Origin: Eledone cirrhosa
Taxonomy: Eukaryota
Reading direction: 5' to 3'
Length of the DNA stretch: 64,000 bases
NCBI GenBank assembly: GCA_964016885.1
Contig: OZ024752.1
Location: forward strand, 42,780,001-42,844,000
Positions within the stretch are counted from its first letter, which is position 1. Every line of letters starts with the position of its first letter. Shown in pieces: positions 29,030 through 41,617 of this stretch. Below the pieces are notes generated by a model. It was not told the origin of the DNA. It did no database searches and was given only the letters and a program-made list of their open reading frames with translations. The position numbers and the translations under genes are program-made.

Positions 29030-29227
29030 GTGAGTATAACAGGTTGTATTGCTGTCTTCTTGTGCAATTATTATTGCCAATTATTAACTACTAGCTGGCC
29101 CCCTCCAGGCCGTCAAAATTGACGGCTAATTTTAATATCTATACATAATATAAAAAAGTGATGTTTGTTTGTTGGTTGGTTGGTTGATTGGTTCCCTTGC
29201 ACTCACTCACACAAGTGACACAAACAC

Positions 29228-29530
29228 ACCCCTTCTTTCCTCAGTCGACGTAATCACCCCTTCCTTCCTCAGTCGATGCAATCACCCCTTCCTTCCTCAG
29301 TCAACGTAAATACCCCTTCCTTCCTCAGTCGACGTAATCACCCCTTCCTTCCTCAGTCGACGTTATCACCCCTTCTTTCCTCAGTCGATGCAATCACCCC
29401 TTCCTTCCTCCTCAGTCGACGTTATCATCCCTTCCTTTCTCAGTCGACGTTATCATCCCTTCCTTTCTCAGTCAACGTAATTACCCCTTCCTTTCTCAGT
29501 CGACGTTATCACCCCTTCCTTCCTCAGTCA
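29228..29530. repeat. ~28-bp minisatellite
   Basis: Unit CACCCCTTCCTTCCTCAGTCGACGTWAT. Confidence 0.9.
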
Positions 29531-30043
29531 TCTCTGCTGCGTTATGGACAAATACACACTACTATTATATTAGTAGATTGCCATCCTGTCCCACACAAAA
29601 CCACATTAGCAAGACATTTTTGAAAAGTACAAAATAGTTCTGTGTCTTCATTACATTAAAAATTAAAGTCTTTTCTCTAATACTGCAAATTTTCATAACA
29701 ATCTGTCCACTAGTAAAGATAGTATAAACATTTGAATTAACAAATCCATTTTGAAATAATTTTTTGCTAAATCATTACAAGGTCTTAAGAAATAAATATT
29801 TCTAATTATTATCATTTAGATGATCGATTTCAGACGTCTCTGTTGGGCTCGTCTGTCTTCGTGAATCCTTTGGTAAATGGAATAATTGTCTTATATTGTT
29901 TATTACATAATTAAATAGCTCTGTAGCATACATAGAGCACACTCTTTTCCTTTACCCTTCCTACGGAAACACTTCATATATATGTATAAATAAATGTGTG
30001 TGTGTAACATAATGTAAGTTATGTAATGTATTCTTTTACACAG

Positions 30044-30226
30044 GTCAACATCTTCATGACACATATGTGTAACTATGGAAGTGATAGACTTGCCCTTTAC
30101 ACATTTGAAAGTGCTATTAAATTCTTACAGTGTTGGACCAACTTGAATCTCCAAACAATTCCTCCACAAGACCTCGCTCAAGTTTATTTCTCCTCCTATC
30201 CAGATGAATTAAACCCAATATGGGTG
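30044..30226 (+). CDS. NDST: NDST exon
   Basis: acacag|GTC...GTG|gtaagt, 183 nt. VNIFMTHMCNYGSDRLALYTFESAIKFLQCWTNLNLQTIPPQDLAQVYFSSYPDELNPIWV. Confidence 0.96.
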
Positions 30227-30419
30227 GTAAGTATAATTTATTGCCTTATGTGGTTAGCAATAGTTTTATATCAATTAAGTGGCAGATAATTGATATTAGC
30301 TATTTTGCTAATTAATCGGTCATTAGTTTTGGAGAAAGAAAACTATGGGTGACTGAGAAATTTAGGAAATACATCAGATTCAACATGTAGAAATACATAG
30401 AAAAAAAGCATTATATGTA

Positions 30420-31292
30420 CTAGCAGAAAAACCATCCTTTGGGTTGTTTTCTGCTAGCATGTGTAGTGTGTATATTTATATTATATGCAAATATATATGC
30501 ATGTAGATATGATATGTCAAATAAAATCGTAATTGACAATAAGCACAGAAATTAAAGAGAGACTGTGTTACACTCTCTTCTGTAATCAGTAAAGTAATCC
30601 ATGATACATTTAAAAAGGACGATATTATATATGAACTGCATTACAGTGAAATATAATGAAACCTTATATAACGATGCAAATATAGGGATGTTTATATAAG
30701 CAATGTAATAAGTGTTATGATATAGCAGACGCTAACCGGAAGTGTAGACATTTGAACATTTTAAAAGAAGTGAATCTTAAAATAAGCAATCATTATATAT
30801 AAGAATATTATTCTTTGTACTATACATGCACCTTTGATGAGTTGTAGTGCGCCTGAGCACTGTACACAATAATCTCATTATTATTATAATATTTATGTTT
30901 AATCAACAGCTACGAAATTTAGTAGATAAATTATGTAATATTCATTCATTATTTATTCAAAGTAATGAATGAATATTAAATAATTTATCTACTAAATTTC
31001 GTATGTCAGGGCGGTGACTTGGCAATATCGGTAGAGGGTCGGACGCCATGCTTTGACGCATAGAGTTACGGCCCTTGCCATTCTGAGTTCAAATCCCGCC
31101 AAGGTTAACTTTGCCTTTCATCCTTACGGGGTTGATAAAATAAAGTACCAGTAATACACTGGGTAATTGCTGGCCTTGTGCCAAAAGTAGAAACAATTAT
31201 TTATTCAAAGTAATTTAACTTATTTTACCAACGGGATAAAAAAAATATATTCAGGATGCAGTCCCACAATCCTCCCTTTATTATTGTTATGA
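30420..31292 (-). mobile_element. Second copy of the same Helitron, with nested CR1 tail, hairpin and SINE
   Basis: Colinear similarity to 15041-15469 and same CTAG end. Insertions lie between ~30805 and 31200. Confidence 0.7.
31010..31202 (+). mobile_element. tRNA-derived SINE with Meta-like central domain (representative of >25 copies)
   Basis: A box TGGCAATATCGG, B box GAGTTCAAATCC, central GCCTTTCATCCTTACGGGGTTGATAAAATAAAGTACCAG (GTCGAT in most copies), (ATT)n tail. Copies and clusters at ~457, 1330, 17840-18410, 20845, 21515-22050, 35710-36230, 37575, 41836, 42410-42920, 45333, 46382, 55233, 58995-59410, 61701 and 62590. Confidence 0.85.
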
Positions 31293-31377
31293 TAATTTTA
31301 TTCCTAGTATTTAAATATACAGAACTGCACAACTGGAAATTACTTGGATTGTTCAGGGGACATAACTCTCTGTAGGT

Positions 31378-32958
31378 TAATGTCAGGTCGCTGTAGTTGC
31401 CTGATTGCCATGGAAATACTTCCATTGTTAATGTTGCTAATGTCAGGTCGCTGTAGTTGCCTGATTGCCATGTAAATACTTCCATTGCTAATGTCAGGTC
31501 GCTGTAGTTGCCTGGTTGCTATGTAAATACTTTCATTGCTAATGTCAGGTCGTTGTAGTTGCCTGGTTGCTATGTAAATAGTTCCATTGCTAATGTCAGG
31601 TTGCTGTAGTTGCCTGGTTGCTATGTAAATACTTTCATTGCTAATGTCAGGTCGTTGTAGTTGCCTGGTTGCTATGTAAATAGTTCCATTGCTAATGTCA
31701 GGTTGCTGTAGTTGCCTGGTTGCTATGTAAATAGTTCCATTGCTAATGTCAGGTCGTTGTAGTTGCCTGGTTGCTATGTAAATACTTCTATTGCTAATGT
31801 CAGGTTGCTGTAGTTACCTGGTTGCTATGTAAATACTTCCATTGCTAATGTCAGGTTGTTGTAGTTGCCTGGTTGCTATGTAAATACTTTCATTGGTAAT
31901 GTCAGGTTGTTGTAGTTGCCTGGTTGCTTTGTAAATACTTTCATTGCTAATGTCAGGTTGTTGTAGTTGCCTGGTTGCTTTGTAAATACTTTCATTGCTA
32001 ATGTCAGGTCGTTGTAGTTGCCTGGTTGCTTTGTAAATACTTTTATTGCTAATGTCAGGTTGCTGTAGTTGCCTGGTTGCTATGTAAATACTTCCATTGC
32101 TAATGTCAGGTTGTTGTAGTTGCCTGGTTGCTATGTAAATAGTTCCATTGCTAATGTCAGGTTGCTGTAGTTGCCTGGTTGCTATGTAAATACTTCCATT
32201 GCTAATGTCAGGTTGTTGTAGTTGCCTGGTTGTTATGTAAATACTTCCATTGCTAATGTCAGGTTGTTGTAGTTGCCTGGTTGCTTTGTAAATACTTCCA
32301 TTGCTAATGTCAGGTTGCTGTAGTTGCCTGGTTGCTATGTAAATACTTCCATTGCTAATGTCAGGTTGCTGTAGTTGCCTGGTTGCTATGTAAATAGTTC
32401 CATTGCTAATGTCAGGTTGTTGTAGTTGCTTGGTTGCTTTGTAAATACTTTCATTGCTAATGTCAGGTCGTTGTAGTTGCCTGGTTGCTATGTAAATACT
32501 TCCATTGCTAATGTCAGGTTGCTGTAGTTACCTGGTTGCTTTGTAAATACTTCCATTGCTAATGTCAGGTTGCTGTAGTTGCCTGGTTGCTATGTAAATA
32601 CTTCCATTGCTAATGTCAGGTTGTTGTAGTTGCCTGGTTGCTTTGCAAATACTTTCATTGCTAATGTCAGGTCGTTGTAGTTGCCTGGTTGCTATGTAAA
32701 TACTTCCATTGCTAAGTTGCCTGGTTGCTTTGTAAATACTTTCATTGCTAATGTCAGGTTGCTGTAGTTGCCTGGTTGCTTTGTAAATACTTTCATTGCT
32801 AATGTCAGGTTGCTGTAGTTGCCTGGTTGTTATGTAAATACTTCCATTGCTAATGTCAGGTTGCTGTAGTTGCCTGGTTGCTATGTAAATAGTTCCATTG
32901 CTAATGTCAGGTTGCTGTAGTTGCCTGGTTGCTATGTAAATACTTCCATTGCTAATGT
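31378..32958. repeat. 51-bp minisatellite (~31 copies)
   Basis: Unit TAATGTCAGGTTGCTGTAGTTGCCTGGTTGCTATGTAAATACTTCCATTGC. Confidence 0.95.
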
Positions 32959-33047
32959 GTTCTGTGTAGGAGATGACCATGTTAGTATTTTATTCTCTAA
33001 TTCCGCTGTGGACTCTGGTAAATATTTATTTAAATGTGTTTTCTTAG

Positions 33048-33144
33048 AATCCTTGTCGAGATAAAAGACATCTGGCTATTTGGTCACCGAAAAAAGTCTG
33101 CAATACCTTTCCTCAGTTAATTGTGATTGGACCTCAGAAGACAG
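33048..33144 (+). CDS. NDST: NDST exon (start of sulfotransferase domain, 5'-PSB loop)
   Basis: tcttag|AAT...ACAG|gtaagt, 97 nt. [32 protein letters not shown](G). Not in the ORF track. Confidence 0.95.
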
Positions 33145-33261
33145 GTAAGTCTGAAGAAGTGGGCCATTAAAGGTTGTTTTAGGTGGCATTACATCTACCT
33201 TTCAGTTCTTGGGGTGTTTCTATATTGTATCTATATATGTATGTGTGTGTGTGTATGTGTG

Positions 33262-33324
<63 letters not shown>

Positions 33325-33454
33325 TCATCATATATATATATATATATGTATATACACACACACATATCATCAATCATCATCATTTTACGTCCACTCTTCC
33401 CTGCTTGCAAGGGAATATATATATGTATATACACACATATATATATACACACAT

Positions 33455-33522
<68 letters not shown>

Positions 33523-33735
33523 GCACACACACGCACATTTACACATACACATATATACATATTTAATTCCAACCCACCCGTCCCCTCAATCTATCTTATT
33601 TCTCATTCTTTCTTCCGATGAAGGACTAGCGTCTGAAACGTTAAGACCCTCTTCCCGCTATATCAAGCGTTAACCTAATATATACCTTCCATATACTGTA
33701 CCGATTGTGTTGTTATTTCTGTTTACCTTTTACAT

Positions 33736-33769
<34 letters not shown>

Positions 33770-33774
<5 letters not shown>

Positions 33775-33986
33775 AACAAGTATGACCCCGACGGCAGAGC
33801 TCAAGCCGTTTCGACGGCTAATTCTGGACTAAATAAGAATTCTTATTTAGTCCAGAATTAGCCGTCGAAACAGCTTGAGCTCTGCCGTCGGGGTCATACT
33901 TGTTCCTATTACCCACTATACTACCGTAAGTATTGAGTACTTTGATGCGTTATGGTCCATCTGGTTCCTTACCACATTTCCTTCGT

Positions 33987-33988
<2 letters not shown>
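33770..33988. mobile_element. Short dispersed element with fold-back end (Penelope-like LTR relic candidate)
   Basis: 70-bp-arm palindrome at 33770-33909 centred on GAATTC, plus tail. Related copies at ~20700-20810, 45856-46047, 46080-46202 and 50008-50201, all beside (TA)n. Confidence 0.6.
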
Positions 33989-34020
<32 letters not shown>

Positions 34021-34737
34021 AATGAGAGAGCAAGAGAACGAGTGTGTAATTAAAAGTTCATACACTTAACATGTTTGTGTGACCTTAGCTGTCTGGGTCC
34101 AGTTATGGCCACCACTGTAGAGTGGAGGAGCTATTTCAATACTAGCCTCTCATCGGGCGCCTTTTATCTACAAATATCCTGCACACACACACACACATAC
34201 ACACATACATTATATGCGTGTGTGTCTACTTCATAATGACACTGTTTAACCCTTTACCATTTATATTACTCTATATATATATTGAATCTATAAGATTTTC
34301 ATGTTATTTATTTTGAGAACAATAACTTAACATAAGTATGAGCAGCCAGTTACAGTCACTTTGAACAGAAAGTGGTGAGAGAATTCTGTCTGGATATGGC
34401 CAGTTTATATAGAGTAATCATCATCATCATCATCATCATTTCATTTTACGTTCGCTTTTTCCCTGCTTGCAAGGGTGGGACGGGAACTGATTCTGGCTTG
34501 ATTTCTACAGCTGGATGCCCTTCCTAACACCAACCTCATTTACAGGGAGTGCTGGGTGCTTTTTTGCCGTGGCACCTGCACGACCACTTTGCAGTGGAAT
34601 AATAGGGACCCCAGTCCTTATCATCTCATTTCTACAGCTGAGTAAACTGGAGCAATGTGAGATAAAGTGTCTTGCTCAAGGAAACAACACATCACCCGGT
34701 CTGAGAATTGAACTCACAACCTTTCGATTGCAAGGCC

Positions 34738-35244
34738 AATGCTCTAACCACTAAGCCATATGCCTCCATGTAATGCTCTAACCACTAAGCCATGTGCCTC
34801 CATGTAATGCTCTAACCACTAAGCCATATGCCTCCATGTAATGCTCTAACCACTAAGCCATATGCCTCCATGTAATGCTCTAACCACTAAGCCATGTGCC
34901 TCCATGTAATGCTCTAACCACTAAGCCATGTGCCTCCATGTAATGCTCTAACCACTAAGCCATATGCCTCCATGTAATGCTCTAACCACTAAGCCATATG
35001 CCTCCATGTAATGCTCTAACCACTAAGCCATGTGCCTCCATGTAATGCTCTAACCACTAAGCCATATGCCTCCATGTAATGCTCTAACCACTAAGCCATA
35101 TGCCTCCATGTAATGCTCTAACCACTAAGCCATATGCCTCCATCTAATGCTCTAACCACTAAGCCATATGCCTCCATGTAATGCTCTAACCACTAAGCCA
35201 TATGCCTCCATGTAATGCTCTAACCACTAAGCCATATGCCTCCA
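34738..35244. repeat. 34-bp tandem array of the SINE 5' end
   Basis: Unit AATGCTCTAACCACTAAGCCATRTGCCTCCATGT, ~15 copies. Confidence 0.95.
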
Positions 35245-35556
35245 GTAATGTAAATGCTAAAGGGTTAATAAACCTCACCTCCACTAAAGTAGGAGTTAGC
35301 TGTGTGTGTTCCATGACTGACTTCATACTCATTGTGGGGTCCGTTTGAAGGCTGTTGTTTCTGACACCAACACTCTTAGTCATCTTTCCCGACATGTAAA
35401 AATACAGTGCACTTATTGTAATTCTAAACTTGATACACGCAATCAGAGTCACTATAAACACTTGAATTAACAAACCTATTTTTAAATATTTTCTCTGCTC
35501 AATCATCACAGGATATCAAGAGTTAATATTTTTTTTTTTTTTTTGTGTGTTGCTAG

Positions 35557-35683
35557 GAACTACAGCTATTTACACATTCCTCAATATGCACCCTTCCATA
35601 CGAAGTAACATTAAACAGCCTGTTATATTTGAAGAACTTCATTTCTTCAACAGTGATCAATACTACAACAAAGGATTGGATTG
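35557..35683 (+). CDS. NDST: NDST exon
   Basis: tgctag|GA...TG|gtaagt, 127 nt, phase 1-2. (G)[41 protein letters not shown](W). Confidence 0.94.
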
Positions 35684-36726
35684 GTAAGTTGTTGGTTTCA
35701 ATTATTATTATTATTATTATTATTGGTTGTGTGGATTGGCAGTATCGGTAAAGGGTCGGACGCCATGCTTTCCAACATAGTTACGTCCCTTTACGATCTG
35801 AGTTCAAATCCCGCCGAGTTTAACTTTGCCTTTCATCCTTACGGGGTCGATAAAATAAAGTACCAGTAATGTACTGGGTAATTGCTGGCCTTGTGCCTAA
35901 AGTAGAAACAATTATTATTGGATAACTTTGCCTTTCATCCTTACGGGGGGGTCAATAAAATAAAGTACCAGTAATACACTGGGTAATTGTGCTGGCCTTG
36001 TGCCAAAAGTAGAAATAATTATTACTATTATGGATTGGCAGAGTCAGTAGAGCATCAGACACTATGTTTTGAGGCATAGTTACGACCCTTTACGTTCTGA
36101 GTTCAAATCCCGCTGAAGTTAGCTTTACCTTTCATCCTTACGGGGTCGATAAAATATAGTACCAGCAACGTAATGGAGTCGATTTAATCGACTTTTCCCT
36201 ACCACCAAATTACTGGCCTTGTGTCTATGACAGTCGATCGACTTTCGTCAAATCGGACCAAGGGAACAATATTTCCGTTGGTCTTTCCAATTACTAATAC
36301 TATCTATCGGTCGCAACTCCAGGTAGAAGGAGCAACGTGAAATAAAGTGTCTTGCTCAAGGACATAACGCATCACCCAGTCCAGGAATTGAACTCACAAT
36401 CTCACGATTGTGAATCCAATTCTCTAACCACTCAGCCACATTAATTTTTGTAAATCTCAAACAATTAGATGTTAAACTATCTGGATATTTCTGTTAGGGA
36501 GCAGTCAACAACAAGTTGATAAAGGTCACCCGTAATACGTAATTGGAGCAACTAACTTCTCGGATGGGTTGGGAGTTACATCTTACTTACAAACATAAAT
36601 GCATTCCATTGAATGCATTTTATTGTGGCACCAACACAAGAGAGATTGTTATGTCTTTGGCACAACTGAAGACTCCTCTTGGGCCTTTGTTTTTTTAAAT
36701 TTAATGTATCTATTCTTTGATTGCAG

Positions 36727-36904
36727 GTATATGAACGCATTTAAATTAGATACTCCCAACCAAACAGATATATTGTTCTTTGAAAAAACTGCTGCCTATT
36801 TTGATAATCCAATGGCACCAATGAGAATTGCTAGCCTAATTCCTGATGTCAAATTGATTCTGATTCTCCTTGATCCTATAAAACGGGCATATTCTTGGTA
36901 CCAG
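36727..36904 (+). CDS. NDST: NDST exon (3'-PB motif)
   Basis: ttgcag|G...CAG|gtgagt, 178 nt. YMNAFKLDTPNQTDILFFEKTAAYFDNPMAPMRIASLIPDVKLILILLDPIKRAYSWYQ. Confidence 0.95.
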
Positions 36905-36930
36905 GTGAGTTAAATAATGCCAATGTGATC

Positions 36931-36964
<34 letters not shown>

Positions 36965-37357
36965 GAAGTAATTCCGTCGGAAAAGTCCAGGAAAAAAGAG
37001 TGCTCTATGTAGGTAACAGAGCTTAATAGTTATGTAATAAACAACATAATGCAATTATTCCATTTACCAGTGGTTTCTTAAAAGCAAAAAATTTTGCTTT
37101 CAGAGACCAGGATTTTTTTATTCTGAGGATTGAAAGCAACATTTTTTGCTTTTAAGAAACCACTGGTAAATGGAATAATTGCATTATGTTGTTTATTACA
37201 TAACTAAATATATATATATATAAATATATATAAACACACAGTCCACGCTGTAATGTTGTCAGTGGTGGTTGTTAAACTGATCTAAAGTTGTAATGTGTCG
37301 ATGTATATATTTGCCATTGCTAATTATTCCTGATCTCTCCTTTTTCCATTGCTGTAG

Positions 37358-37528
37358 CATGCCCGTGCTCACCAAAATCCAGCCTCTTTGGATTATACAT
37401 TTTATGAGATAATCACAGCTGGAGAAGGAAGTCCCAAATTACAGCGAGACCTTCGAAATCGATGTCTCAATCCCTCACTTTATGCTCAACATTTGGAACG
37501 ATGGCTTGATTACTTCCACCCATCCCAG
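37358..37528 (+). CDS. NDST: NDST exon
   Basis: ctgtag|CAT...CAG|gtaata, 171 nt. HARAHQNPASLDYTFYEIITAGEGSPKLQRDLRNRCLNPSLYAQHLERWLDYFHPSQ. Confidence 0.95.
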
Positions 37529-37947
37529 GTAATACATTTATTATGTCTTTTATTATTTTACTGCTTATTAAAGAGCGGTGGATTGGCAGAATCGGTAGAG
37601 TGTCAGACAATATGCTTTGCAACTTAGAGTTACAGCCCTTTACGTTCTGAGTTCAAATCCCACCGAGGTTGGCTTTGCCTTTCATCCTTACAGGGGGCGA
37701 TAAAATAAAGTACCAGTCACACACTGGGGTCGATTTTAATCGACTTTTCCCTCCCCTAAAATTGTTGGCCTTGTGCCTAAATCAGAAACTATTATTTTAC
37801 TGCTTTTAAAGTCTTTGGATTGGCAGTATTGTTAGAGCGTCGGACATCCAGCTTCGTGTCATAGTTACGTCCCTTTACGTTCTGATAACACAGCCAGACC
37901 TGCATCTGTAGTTGCTTTTTATTCAAACACAAAACTGCATTTTCCTG

Positions 37948-38290
37948 GTAGTGCTGTTGCTATTATAAAATACACCCAGTCCACTCTGTAAAGTGATAGT
38001 GCTGTTGCTATTATAAAATACACCCAGTCCACTCTGTAAAGTGATAGTGCTGTTGCTATTATAAAATACACCCAGTCCACTCTGTAAAGTGATAGTGCTG
38101 TTGCTATTATAAAATACACCCAATCCACTCTGTAAAGTGATAGTGCTGTTGCTATTATAAAATACACCCACTCCACTCTGTAAAGTGGTAGTACAGTTGC
38201 CATAATAAAATGCACCCAATACACTCTGTAAAGTGGTGGCGTGTTAGTGCCTTGATAAAATGCACTCAATACATTCTGTAGAGTGATTGA
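37948..38290. repeat. 48-bp SINE-tail minisatellite
   Basis: 16-aa periodicity; CACCCAGTCCACTCTGTAAAGTG core. Confidence 0.9.
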
Positions 38291-38400
38291 CATTTGGAAG
38301 GACATCCAGCTATAAAAACCATGTCTTCAATGGATTGTATGAACAAGACATGGTTTTTCCTGACCTCATCCAGTTTCACACCATGACAACCTGTTCAATC

Positions 38401-38640
38401 CATGCAAAGTGGGCATAAAATGGTGGTGAGCATGGAAAGTGGGCATAAAATGGTGGTGAGCATGGAAAGTGGGCATAAAATGGTGGTGAGCATGGAAAGT
38501 GGGCATAAAATGGTGGTGAGCATGGAAAGTGGGCATAAAATGGTGGTGAGCATGGAAAGTGGGCATAAAATGGTGGTGAGCATGCAAAGTGGGCATAAAA
38601 TGGTGGTGAGCATGGAAAGTGGGCATAAAATGGTGGTGAT
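38401..38640. repeat. 30-bp tandem array (8 copies)
   Basis: Unit CATGGAAAGTGGGCATAAAATGGTGGTGAG, the terminal part of a SINE tail. Confidence 0.95.
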
Positions 38641-38701
38641 GATGATGATGATTTTGCTGTCATGTTTTTAATACATTCTCTCTTTCTCCCTCTCACTCCA
38701 G

Positions 38702-38811
38702 TTACTTATCCTTGATGGTCAAGAAATAAAGGAGAACCCACCATTGGTCATGTCTAAAATTCAGAAGTTTATCGATGTGAAGCCTTATATTGATTTTAGA
38801 AAGCTCTTACG
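38702..38811 (+). CDS. NDST: NDST exon
   Basis: ctccag|TTA...CG|gtgagt, 110 nt. LLILDGQEIKENPPLVMSKIQKFIDVKPYIDFRKLL(R). Confidence 0.93.
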
Positions 38812-38873
38812 GTGAGTATTAACATTTTTTTACATCCCACCTTCGTATACATCTCTCATGAAGACAGGCTGAA

Positions 38874-39920
38874 ACACTGTAAAGTGGTCGTTATGGTGAC
38901 ATGGTAAAAAGCACCCAGTCCACACTGTAAAGTGGTCATGTAGGCGTCACGACAAAAAGCACCCAGTCCACACTGTAAAGTGGTCATGTAGGTGTCACAA
39001 CAAAAAGCACCCAGTCCACACTGTAAAGTGGTCATGTAGGCGTCACGACAAAAAGCACCCAGTCCACACTGTAAAGTGGTCATGTAGGTGTCACAACAAA
39101 AAGCACCCAGTCCACACTGTAAAGTGGTCATGTAGGTGTCACAACAAAAAGCACCCAGTCCACACTGTAAAGTGGTCATGTAGGCGTCACGACAAAAAGC
39201 ACCCAGTCCACACTGTAGAGTGGTCATGTAGGTGTCACGACAAAAAGCACCCAGTCCATACTGTAAAGTGGTTGTGTAGGTGCCATGACAAAAAGCACCC
39301 AGTCCACACTGTAGAGTGGTCATGTAGGTGTCACAACAAAAAGCACCCAGTCCACACTGTAAAGTGGTCATGTAGGCGTCACGACAAAAAGCACTCAGTC
39401 CACACTGTAGAGTGGTCATGTAGGTGCCATGACAAAAAGCACCCAGTCCACACTGTAAAGTGGTCGTGTAGGTGTCATGACAAAAAGCACCCAGTCCATA
39501 CTGTAAAGTGGTCGTTTAGGTGTCATGACAAAAAGCACCCAGTACTCACTGTAAAGTGGTCGTGTAGGTGTCATGACAAAAAGCACCCAGTACACACTGT
39601 AAAGTGATCATGTAGGTGTCATGACGAAAAGCACCCAGTCCACACTGTAGAGTGGTTGTGTACATGCCATGACAAAAAGCACCCAGTCCACACTGTAGAG
39701 TGGTTGTGTACATGCCATGACAAAAAGCACCCAGTCCACACTGTAGAGTGGTTGTGTACATGCCATGACAAAAAGCACCCAGTCCACACTGTAGAGTGGT
39801 TGTGTACATGCCATGACAAAAAGCACCCAGTCCACACTGTAGAGTGGTTGTGTACATGCCATGACAAAAAGCACCCAGTCCACACTGTAGAGTGGTTGTG
39901 TAGGTGTCATGACAAAAAGC
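38874..39920. repeat. 48-bp SINE-tail minisatellite (~21 copies)
   Basis: Unit CAAAAAGCACCCAGTCCACACTGTARAGTGGTCATGTAGGYGTCACRA; fills most of the last NDST intron. Confidence 0.95.
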
Positions 39921-40070
39921 ATGTAGGTGACACAACTCCGATATAAATAAATATATAAGTATAGACTCATACACACAGATGTATATGGAATACTAGCATA
40001 GAAAAAAATAATTAAAGCTATTAATTAAAATAATGACTTATTAATAATAAATATATTTTTTTTATTGCAG

Positions 40071-40293
40071 TTACGATGCCAAAAAGAAATTCTACTGCCA
40101 AGTCTTGTCCACAGATAACACTAAGTGCCTTGGACCAGGCAAAGGCAGAATATATCCTCCTATGGAGGAATCGGCATACCGATATTTGAAGATATTCTTT
40201 CGACGTCACAATGTAGCTCTATCAAAATTACTTATGAAACTGAACCAAGCTACACCAGTTCCAGGTTGGCTTAAGGAAGATCTCCAAGAATAG
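40071..40293 (+). CDS. NDST: NDST last coding exon
   Basis: ttgcag|T...TAG. YDAKKKFYCQVLSTDNTKCLGPGKGRIYPPMEESAYRYLKIFFRRHNVALSKLLMKLNQATPVPGWLKEDLQE*, with CLGxxKGRxYP motif. All exon phases chain correctly. Confidence 0.95.
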
Positions 40294-41586
40294 TTATTGT
40301 AAAAATAATAGGTATCATGATGAAGTATGTTAACTGGAAGAAGAAGAAGAAAAGAGAAAAATATACACACATACACAAAAAAAAAAAAAAATCAATCCAA
40401 ATCACAAACTAACAGAGAGACAGAGAGACTGAAAAAATATTTATGTAAAATTGCCATAAATAAGAATCATACCAGTTTAGGTTTGTTCATCAACATACAA
40501 ACAGTATTCTGGTCCTTCTTTTAAAGAAATCAATGCATTGATCATTATAATTATAATAATCTTTACCTTTCCTGAACTATCATTAAATACATAACAAACT
40601 ATTTTTATTTGCATTCTTGCAATCGCCAGCATTTGAAAAAGTTGATAGGATATAAACAAAGTTTTTGTTTGTAAGAAAATATGTTTAAGATATTTTTTAA
40701 AAATTCAGTTTCTATATCATAAGAGTGTATAACAAACCCTCATCGCTCTCCCCCTCTGAGTATACATACATACATATATATATATATATGTGTGTGTGTG
40801 TATATATACATATATATTTATATATATATGGAGGCACATGGCTTAGTGGTTAGAACATTGGCCTTGCAATCGAAAGGTTGTGAGTTCAATTCTCAGACCG
40901 GGTGATGTGTTGTTTCCTTGAACAAGACTTTATTTCACATTGCTCCAGTTTACTCAGCTGTAGAAATGAGATGGGGTCCCTATCATTCCACTGCAAAGTT
41001 GTCGTGGAGGTGCCACGGCAAAAATCACCCATCCCACACTGTAAATTGGACGTGTAGGCGCCACGGAAAAAAAAAAGCACCCAGCACTCACTGTAAATGA
41101 GTTTGGTGTTAAGAAGGGCATCCAGCTGTAGAAATCAAGCCAGAATCAGTTCCCGTCCCACCCTTGCAAGCAGCGAAAAGCGGACGTAAAATGATGATGA
41201 TTATATATATATATATTATTTATATCACCATCATCATCGTTTAACGTCTGTCTTCCACGCTAGCATGGGTTAGACTGTAATTGTCCCACTTGTGGCAAGA
41301 TTGATCAGGTGACCGTGTCTCGCTCGTACATGACTGTATCTGGCAGGTTTTCTATGGCTGGATGCCCTTCCTAACACCAACCACATTTATAGTGTGGACC
41401 AGGAGCCTTTTATATATATATATATATGTATATATTTATATATATATATATATGTATATATTTTTATATATATATGTATATATTTATTTATATATATATA
41501 TATGTGTATATATATATATATATATATGTATATTTATATATATATTTATATATATATATTTATATATATATATATATATGTGTGTG

Positions 41587-41617
<31 letters not shown>

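Noticed and set aside
31378-35244. Regular arrays resembling CRISPR
   Set aside because: Head-to-tail units without unique spacers, eukaryotic context and no cas genes.
40830-40905. tRNA-like sequences with A and B boxes
   Set aside because: They are SINE heads continuing into SINE bodies, with no complete cloverleaf.
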